From Felis catus (lineage: Eukaryota), in NCBI RefSeq assembly GCF_018350175.1, contig NC_058382.1, positions 54,810,001 to 54,874,000 on the forward strand: DNA of 64,000 bases, written 5' to 3'. The notes below the pieces were generated by a model. The model saw nothing but the letters and a program-made list of their open reading frames with translations, was not told the DNA's origin and searched no databases. Positions 24,358 through 36,700 of this stretch are shown in pieces; within the stretch, counting starts at the first letter, position 1, and each line of letters begins with the position of its first letter. The position numbers were made by a program, and so were the translations under genes.

Positions 24358-24446
24358 GTAAGCACGTTACGGCGATTTTGCTGGAGCGGTTTCTGGCGAT
24401 TCCAAGACGTGTTGTTGTATCACCTGTGCTGCTTCTCGTGGTTCAG

Positions 24447-24628
24447 GTACCAATTACGACTACGTGCGTGAGTTTAAAAGAAGCACAGGGACGTGGCACC
24501 ATACCAAACCGCTCCTCCCGTCCGACCTCCGCCGCACCGGCTGTGCAGCCTTACGTATTGCAAATTGCAAGCTTTTCCGCCTGCAGCTCCAGCAAGGCCT
24601 ATTCCGTATCCGTGTTCATTCACCCTGA
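24447..24628 (+). CDS. GAN: Gigaxonin exon 11, coding part to TGA stop, 182 nt
   Basis: gttcag|GT ACC AAT...TCA CCC TGA; (G)TNYDYVREFKRSTGTWHHTKPLLPSDLRRTGCAALRIANCKLFRLQLQQGLFRIRVHSP*. Confidence 0.97.
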
Positions 24629-27164
24629 AGAGGCGGCAGAGCGGAGGCAGAGCTCCTGACCCAGCGCACCATAACATGGCTTTCTGCGAGGGGACCAGAG
24701 GTGGCAGCGTATCTCCGGTGGTTTTACTGTAACGCTTAGAAGCCCGCGCTTCAGCTCCTCTCGGGGAGAACCCGCAACTGTCGCAAAAGCTCCCTTGGAG
24801 GAATCCGTTCCTCCAGGGAGATGTGTCTGCAGACAAACGGAGTAACTATCCGGTAGAGGCAACGGGAAGTGGGAATCGGGGTCATGTAAAATATCGAAGT
24901 TGGCGTACTAAGGTGCATTCTCCCGGAAGGGGACTCCCTTCCGAGCGACTGCTGTGTTCCAGTACCTGGCTTTGGGAAACAACAGAAATCCGTATATGCA
25001 AATCAACATATCCAAACACACCGAGACCGCGTTCCTGCTGCACTTGGAAGGAAGTATCATGCCTAACCCTGCCCGACAGATTCAGGTTTGTGCCTAAGAT
25101 GTTAGGTTGGGCCAGGTGGTCTCCACTTACTACTAGTACTGTGTCCTAAGAATCTTTTTTAAGCTATATTATCATGAATTGAAACTAAGATAAAATTTCT
25201 CTCTCATGACGTTCTATCTTAGTAATCTAAAGGCTCGATAAATTAATGAGTCAGGTTGCAGCCCTCGTGCGCGTTTAAAGGCAGTTGCTAGCTTCTGTGT
25301 TGACTTAGATAACGTCGTGCCATAATTTCTGGGGTAGTTCTCTCGGAGCCGTGAAGGGTCTCGTGCCGTGCCGTTCGTTCTTCCTGTTCAATTAACCAGA
25401 ACCATTTTGTAAACACGAGGACATTAGCAGAGTAAGGGATGTTACAGAAGAAAGACCCGAGTCAGACCAGTGACCAAGGTCTGCTTTGGCTACAAAAGCT
25501 GTCCAGACAAAATATATAGGGATCAAAAAAACTTTAATCTGTCTGAAAGCACACAGAGTCTCGTTTACTACTGTTTCGGATTGAAAACCTGTCTTAGAGC
25601 GCGAACCTGCATTAAGAATCTAGTCTTTGTAGCAGAATCTTCTCGATGCCGTTCACTAGCAAGAGTTTTAGACAAATTGCGTTATAAGTAAAGTTTGGCT
25701 GGTAGAATAAAACTACCTCAACTTAATTTCATTCTGTTCATAGTAGAGCGAATTCATCTCTTCTCTGCTTCTCCACTCCCCCACCTTCCCTTGTCTCCCC
25801 ATGCCGCCGCACTTCCCACCGCGGGGAGAAAATCTGTCATTAGTAGCACTTACCTTGTAAGATACTTTGTTTTCCATTCAAATTATGCCACCTTAGTGTG
25901 AGATCAGGGACTTCCAAGTGCTTGATTACGTCATAATTTGAATTTTATGTAATATCAGGTTTCTAATCAATTTAATACAGAGCTCTTCAATTTTAATTGT
26001 TTTCTACAGTTTCCACCGCCCTCCGTAAATGGCTGTAAGAAGCAGTATTTTGTCTTAATGATTAATAAATGTATAAATGTATCCTTTGCTTGTACATTTG
26101 AGAATAGGAGTTTCTTCCAGAAACTTCCTAGATGGAATGCTTATACGCTGTTAACATGCATAGGAAACCTCGCTTGTGTTTCCCCAGCCGTGAACAGAAA
26201 AAAGGGTAACCTCCTATCTGCAGTTTTTTTTTTTTCTTACACCTGTTAGGAGTCAGTACGATGCTGTAAACGTTGCTGAAGGAAGACTTGTCGGGGGCGG
26301 GGGGGGGGGGGGGGTTCTAAAGAACGTTGTGTGTGGAGAAGTTACTGCTGAAAGAAGGCGTGAGGTGTCTGTCTTCTGTATCAGAGGCCCCGGGCCGGAT
26401 TGGCCACACGTTCACGTAACACAATCGAATTCGATACATAAAGCAAAGCCGGCCTTTTTCCTCTGAATTGTGTGCCAGTCAGCTGTCGTCCGCACACCGT
26501 CCCAGTGATACCTGGGATATCTTCTCATCAAAGCAAGCTACGCGGCCACTGCAAAGAAAGCAGACTTTCTTTTTTTACAGCTAGATACTCGTTTTTTAGA
26601 GGAAACAAATTGCTGAAGAAGTGAATTTTCTTTGGTAAAATCTCCTGAACAGAACAGAACCTTGGCCTTCAGAAGTTGCATCTGACATACATTAAAGCGG
26701 TAACTGATGTCCTGTGAAAGCCATGGCAGGCTTTCTCTTAATTCTTAATTCTCTTAATAAGCCATTCTCTTAATTTCTGAAGTTTATAATTCTTCCCAGC
26801 GCACACCAGGCCTCTCCAAGGAGACAATTCATCGTTTAGGAGTGAATGGGTTATTGCAATATTATTGCAATATTATCAGTGCCTGCATGACTTAGTCAAT
26901 TCATTTTATAAAAACAGTTCTTTTTTAGTTTTTTATTCAGTTCATTGACACGGTAGCTGCAGAAATTAGATAATGTTTTTTAAAATAAATTTGCCACATA
27001 ATACGGGATGCAATAACCAACAAGAACTGCTAAGTGCCAAACTGTTACTTTCCTATATATAAATACAAAAATATTCTGCTGAAGGGTAGGAATATATTTA
27101 ATTTTATTAGGCTCCAAAATTAATCGTGACTTTTTTGTAAATGACAGTTACTTCAGTATTGTGA

Positions 27165-27170
27165 AATAAA
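27165..27170 (+). terminator. Candidate proximal polyadenylation signal
   Basis: AATAAA with upstream tgta and downstream GU/U-rich 'ggtttgtttt'. Other AATAAA at 25706, 26064 and 26984. Confidence 0.5.
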
Positions 27171-27434
27171 TTTAAGTCATTTCATGCAGGTTTGTTTTAA
27201 CATTCCACTTATGCCTTGAAACATCTTTTTCTCGATAAATTTTTAATACTTCTTTTTCCGTAAGGCACTTTTACCAGGCATAGGTTGGAATAGGCAGTTG
27301 CGGATAGATGTTAAAATTTTAAATAAATATCATTGGGGGAAGTGCAATTTATTTTCATTATCCCGCCAACAGAAGGAAACTTGTTTCGGGGTTAGAGTCA
27401 GTGAATATCTCGTAGGCTACAGTCTAAAGTAGGC

Positions 27435-27628
27435 TTGTTTGTTTGTTTGTTTGTTTGTTTGTTTAACACATCCAAATATAGATTTTTCAAAGATACAAGT
27501 GTTTAATTTAAAATGAAGTGCTGTTTTGGGGGTTTGTTTTTTGTTTTTCATTTTGTGTGTGTGTGTGAGTGTGTGTTAGTGCTTCTATCCTGTGAGAGGG
27601 AAAAGTGTGAGGGACAGAGTGTGTGTGT

Positions 27629-27672
<44 letters not shown>
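27435..27672. repeat. (GTTT)n and (TG)n microsatellites
   Basis: (gttt)n at about 27435-27464 and TG tracts at 27554-27672, including a perfect (TG)21 at 27631-27672. Confidence 0.97.
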
Positions 27673-27673
<1 letters not shown>

Positions 27674-28476
27674 TGTGACTCGGTAAGTCTGTTTATACAT
27701 GTTTACTTTTGAAATTGTAGTTCCAAACTACATATATTACTGTCTCCTGGTGCTTCCGATAAATCCTTGAGCCTGTGGCCCTTCAGTTTATACTACTATG
27801 TTCAACTCACGTTGGGTGTAAATATTCATAGAGTCATAGTCTGTATAGTAAGTTTTACCTGGGGTTCGCATTCCTTCAGTGGGACTAAAACAGTGCTTAC
27901 CAACTAGTATAGTCGATATAGCTATAAAGATTTGGCCTTGGAAATCTTTGAACTCATTGTTCCTTTCATTTGTTCTTTATTTCATTGCTTTGAGGAGTTG
28001 ATAGGTAACGGTAGGCTGTTTTCAAACCGCAGCAACCAGAAAAGAATATTTGGGCGATGAAGGGTGGTGTACTCCCTGTGCTAAAGTGTCCTGTTATATT
28101 GTGCTACCACTTTCATGATGCTTTGGGGTGCCATTTTTATAATTCGTGGGTGGGAAGGGGTTCCCTGCAATATGCAGGAAGCACATCCTTATATTGACCT
28201 GGTGGAGATAGGGCTGTCTTTGCTGTGTCACCTCAGTTACTCATGGTAGTAAGATAGGTTTTTAGAGAAATTCGTCAGCTGCCTTGGTCCGTTGGGGTTC
28301 CATTTGGTACGTTCCTCCTCCCGTGTACCAGACCAAAAAGTTTCCCAAGGAGTGCTAAAAATGCTACAGCATTACCTTCTTGTTGGCCTTTCTGATTCTA
28401 GAGGATGCCTCCTGTGGTCAGATGGAGACATTTGAATATCTGGGGAAAGAATGAGGCGGCACTTTGCATGGATTTA

Positions 28477-28685
28477 TTTATTTATTCTTTAATGTTTGGG
28501 TTTTGTTTTTTGTTTTTGTTTGTTTGTTTTTTGAGAGAGCTTGAGCAGGGGAAGGGGACAGAGAACCAGAAACAGACTCTGCAATGACAGCAGAGAGCTT
28601 GACGCGGGGCTTGAACTCACGAGCCATGAGATAATGACCCGAGCCGAGGTCAGACACTCAGCCAACTGAGCCACCCAGGCACCCC
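28477..28685 (-). mobile_element. CAN-SINE with 12-bp TSD
   Basis: TSD tgcatggattta at 28465 and 28686. Confidence 0.93.
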
Positions 28686-30259
28686 TGCATGGATTTAAAA
28701 GGTGCCGGGACCCCCTTAAAAAGCACCTGGTGGAAGGGAAGCGGGAGCTTGCCCTCGTTCCGTGGCTGCCCCTCATGTCTGTGAGAGCCTTGGGGGAGCC
28801 AGGAAGGGAGGAGACGGATTTGTACAGAAAAGCTGCCCTGGGTTTAATCAGCAAATGCTTATGGAGGACCCCCTAGGGATTCTGCTTGGATTTCTGGGGG
28901 GCTGTCATGCTGCTCTCCCTCTAGACCGTAAACTCCTCGTGGGCAGTGACCCTGCCTTGGCCGTCTGCTAACCCCAGTGCCTGACACACAGCAGGTAGTC
29001 AGGAAATGGTTGGCCAGTGAGTACAGTACCCTTGTGATCAAAGTGATGTTCTTTGTGGGATTGAGAAGCCCTCTCCAAGAGCGATTTATTTTGTTGGATT
29101 TTAAATGAGAGGCTTTGTATGCACATGTGCTGGCCTCATGTTCTAGAGTGAGAAACTAGTATGGATAAAAAACACAAAGTGCCTGATGTACAAATGCACA
29201 CTTCTGTGGTTTCCATATGTTCTTTAGGATTTGGAGGACCCTACTATACTCAGCACACCTCATACCACTGATCACATTTAGTGTTGGGATTGATTGCTTT
29301 TCACACGTGCCTCTGGGTGTTTTCCAGAACATACTGCTGTGATCCTCACTTCTCCATGATGGGTGCAGTGGCCCCACTGGACAGAGAGCAGTCTCTGAGG
29401 CCCAGGAGATATGGCTTCATTTCCCACCTCACATGCAAGTAGAAACCCAAAGCAGAAGCCAGGTCTTTGTATTATCATTTCACCGTTCAGCCTCTGAGAC
29501 GATCACTTAATTTTCTAGGCGTGCAAGTATTTTCAGTCCTAAAATAATCATTTGTGGTATAACGTAAGCCCTCAAACATGTCCTTTAAAGTTATACAGAC
29601 ATAAGCTGAAAGATCTTTGGTTTTCTTTGTCAGTTAGCCATAGGAAATTTAAGAATTGACTAAAGTTGTAAGAACGGAAGTACTAAGTGTGTTTGACAGA
29701 AAAGCAGTTTTTATTCTTAAAGAGCAGAAACTTCGTTTATATTTCTTTTCTTACCACGTGTACAGTAAGGGAGAAGAGAGTGTGTCTTCAAAGGTAGAAG
29801 GAAGTATTTTGCTAGCTCTCTAATAACCCCTGAGGTACTCTTTCTAGCCGGTTCAGAAATGATGGAGATGCAGGGTATAAAGGTGAGTTGTGACTTGCTT
29901 ACCCACGTTGGAGAAGGACATGAAATCAGGTCAAGGCTTTGCTGGCTGCTGGTGGGAAAGTCTCAGTGGCGTCGAACTCTTATGTTTGCTATTATTTGTT
30001 TGCAAGCCAACTGGTAAAACTTGTAAAACTTTTGCATGTTTCTCAAGTGATTCTATTTTTCATTTTAAATACATCTCACCTTTACAATGCATTTACGTGA
30101 CATCTGAGGAGCTCAGTTAAGATTCTGTGTTCTTTGGTCTAAACGCATGCGGTCGAGGAAGGTTTGCTCGTGTTCAGTTCTGTCCCCGAAGTTCTGTCAG
30201 TGACTGGGTCTTTAGACTTCTTCCCTTCCTCATCACATCAGATTATCTGATAAGTTAAA

Positions 30260-30340
30260 CAGCCTGGCTGGCTCACTTGGTGGAACGGGTGACCCTTGGT
30301 CTTGGGGTCGTGAGTTCAAGCCCCACGTTGGTTGAGTGTA
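30260..30340 (+). mobile_element. Degenerate short tRNA-derived SINE
   Basis: 'gcctggctggctcacttggtggaac...ggggtcgtgagttcaagccccacgttgg'. Confidence 0.7.
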
Positions 30341-32587
30341 GCAATTACACAGGTGTAGCCCATACATGCTGCATAAGATCACACAGGGAAAGATCGCCCG
30401 TTCCTACGACCCGTATAAATATGTGGCCACTTTGGATGATTCAGATCCCAAGTAGACACAGGCTCATCTTTCTGGTCAGCAAATTATATTTATTAGACCT
30501 TTCTTTTTAGCATTTAAGTAAAATTCTTAGGTTTTAAAACTTTATTTTTATTGTTCCTGCTTATCAATTACAAATAAGGCATACTTTAGAACCTTGGGTA
30601 AAACTTTTTCCAGTTAAACCCGTGAACTTGGTATGAATATGACTATATGTAGCTCGCTTTATCGTGTTTCCTGTTTAATTGGATGAGAATTACATGCACC
30701 TATTCCCTTGTTCTTTGTGTTTATAGGGAAAACTCTGTTCTCCGCTACCTCATTATGTGGTGTTGTGCTTGACCCCCTGCCAATTTAGGAGAATTCAACA
30801 CATTCTGTCCTTTAACAAAAGCCTGGAAGCCAGCAGCAGGCGGCCTTGAGGAATACAATTCTCTAAGGCTTATTTTCCATTTTACTATTTTTTTTTTTAA
30901 ATAGGCACTTTTAATCAGGAGGAACAGTCATTCTCCTAGAGCTGCTGCGAAGTGATTACTTGAAACTCAACTTGAACTTTAAAGAGTCTTGAAAAGGCTA
31001 TGTTTTCATAATGTAGAAAAGTAGTATATTTAAACACCACTGCTGTGTAAAACAGAGGGCTTACTCTCCATCCTTGTTAGGATCAGACCCGAGAAGGTGT
31101 CTACCTGTAATCTGACCCAGAGATGGGAATTCAGATGCTTGGGGCTACTGTTTTTCTTTGTCTTAAGGTGCTACTGTGGTTGGTTTAAGGAGCTATTAAG
31201 TGTATTTCCATGAATTTGTTTCCCAAGAATCTTTTAATTTTGATGACAGTAGAGGCTCATTAGTAGATTCCTCTTCTCTTTTCGTTCTGACAGTCTAGAG
31301 TTGTAAAATGAAATCTGAAAGTGTTTCCAAAGGACAAGGTTGAGGTTGACCAAACAACTTAGAATTGCAGGATGCTTAAAATCACGAGCGATTGGATTTT
31401 TTTCTGAGCATCAGTGGAACGCACCTTCCCTGCCTGGCGCACATCGGGCTCTGTCCTCGCCAGTGCCTGTCACCTTCCCTGGTCAGTAAGTTAGGGGAGC
31501 GAGCCGCCCCGAGGCCCATCGATTCCTCCAGTCAGACCTTCCTCCTCCCGGAGCGGTGTCTTACAGGAATTACCCAGCATCCCTGGTGCCCAAAAGGCTT
31601 CTGCCCGTTCCTAAAAACCTAGCGTCCCGGGAATAACGTAGAGACCAGATAAAAGCTAGCGACAGAACTGCCGTTATCCTCCGACATGATCTAGTTTTTA
31701 AGCTTGTGCTTTTGAGGGTGAAAGGCAGAGTTTCTCCCCAGATGACAGGACGTCAGCACCAGCGGGTCTGGCAGCAGGCATGAGACATTTTCCTAAGTGG
31801 TTTCCAAGAGAACCGACACTTACCGCTTCAGGGCCCCAGCCTTTTCCTTTCGATTATCTTGAGGAAAACCTGTGTAAACACTTGATGGACTTGCGCAAGC
31901 AAACCTAGTGGCTGTGAGCGTGCACGGGCCCCGGAGCCAGGCACAGGTGGGTTTGAGGGCTTGCCCCGAAGGCTGTTTTGTGCCCTCTGGGAGCCCTTTA
32001 ACCCTGAAGCCCAGTTCCTTACCTGTAGACGTAGGATGACGTCTTCGGGCTGCTCTGAGGACCAGAGACGTGAGGGCGATGAGAGCCTGGCGCCACCGTG
32101 TGACCGTGGCCGCCGTGGCCACCCGGCCCGGCCTCCGGTCATCGGTGCCCTCGCTGCGCGTCCTGACCTCGGCACTTCCGCGTTCGGACGTCTGCCACCG
32201 TGGGACCTACAAGTAAATGGATGTATGTGTTGATAAAATGATTTACTTCCTGGGCCCAGGCCGCTGCTGTCCTTCCACTGCTCTAATATCTGGATCCAGG
32301 ATGGTTCTGTAGAGCTGAAGCGTCCCCTAATGCGTGTTTAGACCACTTGGAGTTGTTTTAAATAACCCTCCGTTCCGAATTTGCATAATGAAGCCCTCTA
32401 AGAATACTTTAAATTCTTTACCAAAGTTGATTTTTCTTTTTCTCTTAAAATGCCACAAGTAGTAGTCTACACTGGTCAGATCAACTGGATATTTTCTAGA
32501 TCTCTGTTTGAGATCAGCATACCTATTCTCTCTTAACGTGGATGCCATGTGAAACTAAAGCAAAAAAACAAACAGAATTTGTTACAG

Positions 32588-32624
<37 letters not shown>

Positions 32625-33148
32625 TTCCGCCCCTTCGGATAAAGAAGGGTTATTTAACAAAGTGATGCAGAAAGTGAGCTACTTAATTCCTTTCATAACA
32701 TCGCTTCCTTTCCGGTTCGCACTCTGGGACTGGTGGATTTAGCAGCATGTAAGACATTGTATAAAGTCATTCTTGGTATCTTTGTGAATCAAACAGGAAG
32801 TAGAAACAGGGCTGCAAGGGCTGAGAAATGGATCGAACAGCCATTGCAGACAATGCCACTGAGAACAGCTTCTGAGGTACCGTGACCGTGTCCATTTTTA
32901 CTGTTTTTCTTAGTAATTTGTATAAAAGTATAAAAGGCAGAGAAAAGTGCTGGGAGGGATGAAGTGTTGGGTGTTAGGGTCTTTAGTGATGCTACAGTCT
33001 AATAAATGGCTAAATAGAAAGTCTTGTATCTAGGTTCAGAGGAGATAGTTCCTAAATGAAAAAGAAAGAAAAAAAATGTGGCGGGGTGGGGGGTGGAGGG
33101 GAATCACTGACAATTTGAACACAAGCCAACTGTTTAAAAAAAAGAAGA

Positions 33149-33710
33149 GTGGCACCTAGGTGGCTCAGTCAGTTAAACATCTGACTTCAGCTCAGGTCAT
33201 GATCTCACGGTTCATGAGCTCCAGCCCTGCACATCGGGCTCTGTGCTGGCAGTGAAGAGCCCGCTTCGGATCCTCTGTCTCCCTCTCTCTCTGCCCCACC
33301 CCAGCTTGCACTCTCTCTCTCTCTCTCTCTCAAAAAATAAACATTAAAAAAAAAAAAAAAAGAATAGGGGCACCTGACTGGCTTAGTTGGTAGAGCGTTC
33401 GACTCTTGATCTCAGGGTCGTGAGTTCAAGCCCCGTGTTGGGCATAGAGCTTACTTTAAAAAATAAGTAAATTTTTTATGGGGCGCCTAGGTGGCTCAGT
33501 CAATTAGGCGTCCCACTTCGGCTCAGGTCATGGTCTCACAGTTTGTGGGTTCGAGCCCCGTGTCGGGCTCTCTGCTGTTAGCACTGAGCCTGCTTCGGGT
33601 CCTCTGCCCCCCCCATTCTCTGCCCATCTCCCATTTGTGCTGTCTCTCTCTCAAAAACAAACAGTAAAAAAAAAATAATAATACATTTTTTAAAAAACTA
33701 AAAAGAAAAA
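33149..33710 (+). mobile_element. Cluster of three sense SINEs (33149-33360, short tRNA-like 33367-33470, 33480-33710)
   Basis: Three successive SINE heads with A-tails. Confidence 0.92.
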
Positions 33711-36700
33711 AAGAATAGTGCGTGTTGGGGGAGTGGGCTGGTAGCTAGAAAAGAACATCTTCTGCTCCTTCATCCCCGGGCTGCCCCAGATGGGCCCCTG
33801 GGCCGCTGCATTTAGCTGCCAGTTCTAGGCGCCACCGTCAGAGAGACCTGAGCAAGCCTGGGGCCCCCCAAGGGACGGCAGTGTGGGCGGTAGGCGCTCT
33901 GGGAGCTGGAATCGGGACCTCCGGAGGCCTGAGGCTCTGGCCTGTGAGGATGTCTTTAGAGCGAGCCGGTGTGCGTGGCTCAGGCCAGCAGTGGACACAG
34001 AGACAGAGTGGCCTCGTGGAAAAATGGGTGGCCTCTGTGGTACTGAGCGCTCGTCTGTGAAAGTGCCCCCTAGGATGAGTCCTTGCGGCTGTGACTGACA
34101 GCACGCCAGCATCGGTGAGAGGGTTCTTGCCTGTGGCAGGATATTGGGCACCATGTCCAAAGCTCCTCGCAGACTGGCAGCTTAGTAAACAGTTGAGTGA
34201 GTGACGTGGGGAAGGGGGAGCTTGTACTTCTGCACTGATTTTGAGGACAAAAGTCTTTGTTATTTTCAACCTGTGCTCCCTCTCCTCCTTTCCCCCCTGC
34301 CCACTGCCCATTTCCTGCCTTCTGGCTGCAGCCCCTGGCCAGCAGCCACAGCCTTCTTTGGAGAGCTTTCAGAAATAGGCCTAGTTCTAGAGATTTCCCT
34401 AAAACCACGCTGTCATCCAGAACAGCGATTCTTGCTTTTTATATACTTTTTGCTCTAAATCTGTCGTGTACCTGTGCAGATTTAAGAAAGCTGATGAGTA
34501 AAATTGCATTCTTTCAAGCAGGGCCCAGGTGACCCCGCGGCCCGGGATGCTCTCCAGGGGGCTCGTGTGCTGGGCCACCTCTTGGGGCTCCTTCTAGCTT
34601 GAGCAGTCGGCATCCTTGGGGTGGATTCTCGTTGTCCTTTGAGAAGAATTTCCAAAGCATCCGATTCTGTGGTTTGCTCTCTCTCTTCTGTGAAGGCACA
34701 TGGCAGTCTTAGTCTGGAGGAGACGGAGGCGGCCCCTCACTCTGCGTCTCTCTTCTGCGCCCCCACCCCCGGCCTTGCAAAGATCTGTCCCAAAACAGAG
34801 GAAGGCAGGCGCCAGCGGGGGCTCGCACCCACGTCCTCGTGAGGGAGCCGTCTGTGTGCTCTCGTCACTTGGGCATATTTTCTCCCCATTTCTTGAGTGG
34901 TCTTCGCTTACTGAGAAGCGCTGTTTGAACCAGTGTTGGTCCTCCTGCCCACGACCCGCCGCGGCCGCCCAAGGACCCCGCCGGTGGGGCCTCCGGGGAA
35001 ACAGGCCCCTCCGCGCCTGTCGCGTCTCCCTGCGCCAGTGTAGAGACTGGGTCAGGGTGGAAGAGGTTATCTCATGCTGTTTACGCCCTCTGGTTGCCCC
35101 TCCCACCCCCCCCTCTGCTCCTCATCCTACGCCAGTCCCAGCCGGAGGTTTTAACTGCTTAAACTATGTATCTCAAAAAGGGGAGAAAAAGAGAAAACAA
35201 ACACACAACTCTTTTTGTTCCCCAGACCATTCGCCTAAAAGTGTTCACTGAAAAGGCATTCTTCTAGGAGCTCCTGACCCAGCCTTTGTGACTAGCACTT
35301 TCCACAGCCAGCTGGCCCTGGCTGCGAGAGAGCCAGACCCGTCCCCCAGGCCCCGGGGAGCTTCCCAGAGTCCACGCCACCCCCCCTCCTCCCGGGTGAG
35401 AGCTTGGGCCGGAGCCTCCCCTCCGAGGCCCGGCCCGCAACACAGCGGAGGCTCCTTAAGCAGCTGTAGGCTAGAACAGTCTCCCTGGGCCCCAGGTCGG
35501 CCCGCCCGCCACGCCTGCCCGGAGGCCCTCGGGGCTCCTCCCTGAGCCTGGAGAAGGGGCTCGAGGTGCCACACGTACTCTACCTCAGCACCAGGCCGCG
35601 AGGCGCCGTGCGGGCCCCAGGTGGCCCGGCAAGGCGTGCTCAGGCCCCGGGTGGCTCGGAGGCCTGCAGAAGCCAGCCTTGTGCCCCGGCCACACACAGA
35701 GCCGGGGGGCCGGGCCCCGGGCTCTGCACCGTCACTGTATCCACCAGAGCAGAGCGAGACCGTGGTCTCCTTGTCTCTTGGTGGGCTCGGAACTTAAAAC
35801 CACCACTCCAAGTTGGGAGCAGAATCGGAAATTAGAACCACTCGTTTACAATCAGAGAGAGACCATCTTTTCCTATTTTCTTCAAAAGGGATTTCTGCTT
35901 CCGAAGAAACTCCAGAAAATAAATGTGTTATTATTAATCTAGCATGTGCTCATTGAACTTGACTCTTAACGCTTTGTAAAAAAAAACCTAGGTAGGATCT
36001 GGTACGGGGGGGGGGGGGGGGGGGCAAAAGGGTGTCATCAGCTTCAAAACAAACCAATGTATGCGGGTTCACAGCATCTTTTTTTCCTACATGGGACCTC
36101 AGAATTCAAGTTCTCCTTGAAAACAGCCACATTCCAGGGGGCAGGCAATTTTGTGGTGGGAGGTGTGCCAAGCGGCCTTTAGTTGAGAAAAGCACAGATA
36201 TTAGCAACACTTGCTTAGTTAAATCATCAGTGGCTTTTTCTACTGATGGGATTCTTTTCATTTTGACCCGCTGGTAGCACAGCTTTTGTTTGGTGCCTCA
36301 CTCTTGTACCCCTTCGAGTCGCCAGGGACGCAGTGATACTTTGTTTCGAATCGTACCATTTGTGAACTGTGACAACCGTACGAAAGGAGGAGCCGTGGCC
36401 GCGGCAGCCTGCCGTGCGGTGACGCCTCCGCAGAACCGGGGTGGTCAGCGGATTGAACAAAAGCACCTCCCCGCCCCAGCTGTCCCCTCCCGTCCTCATT
36501 AGGAACTGTCCCACGGAAGCACCGTAGGCAGGCTGGGGCAGAGTCCGTTTTATCGCTGTTATGTTCCCAGTAACAGGGATGCACGTGTCTGTCTGGGAAG
36601 GAGGTCCATCCGTAGCTCGTTATAAATGCGTAGATTCGTTTGGTCCCTACCGTTCGATACAGCTCTCCTGCTGTGAGCAAACTGTCAAGGGAATTCGTCA

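Noticed and set aside
24626..24634. Stop-codon readthrough at the GAN TGA
   Set aside because: The context is TGA-AGAG, not the TGA-CTAG readthrough motif.
29000..33000. Ortholog of a microRNA I recall annotated near the human GAN 3' region
   Set aside because: I could not identify a convincing hairpin or sequence match by eye. A miRBase BLAST would be needed.
33367..33470. tRNA-like sequences with A/B boxes (also 17175-17268, 30260-30340, 45262-45335)
   Set aside because: They carry the SINE head (ggggcacctg) and a gagcttactttaaaaa tail or are degraded. They are tRNA-derived SINEs, not tRNA genes.
34594..35942. Many overlapping 85-183 aa ORFs on both strands
   Set aside because: Stop-codon scarcity in very GC-rich putative UTR. 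No recognisable protein.
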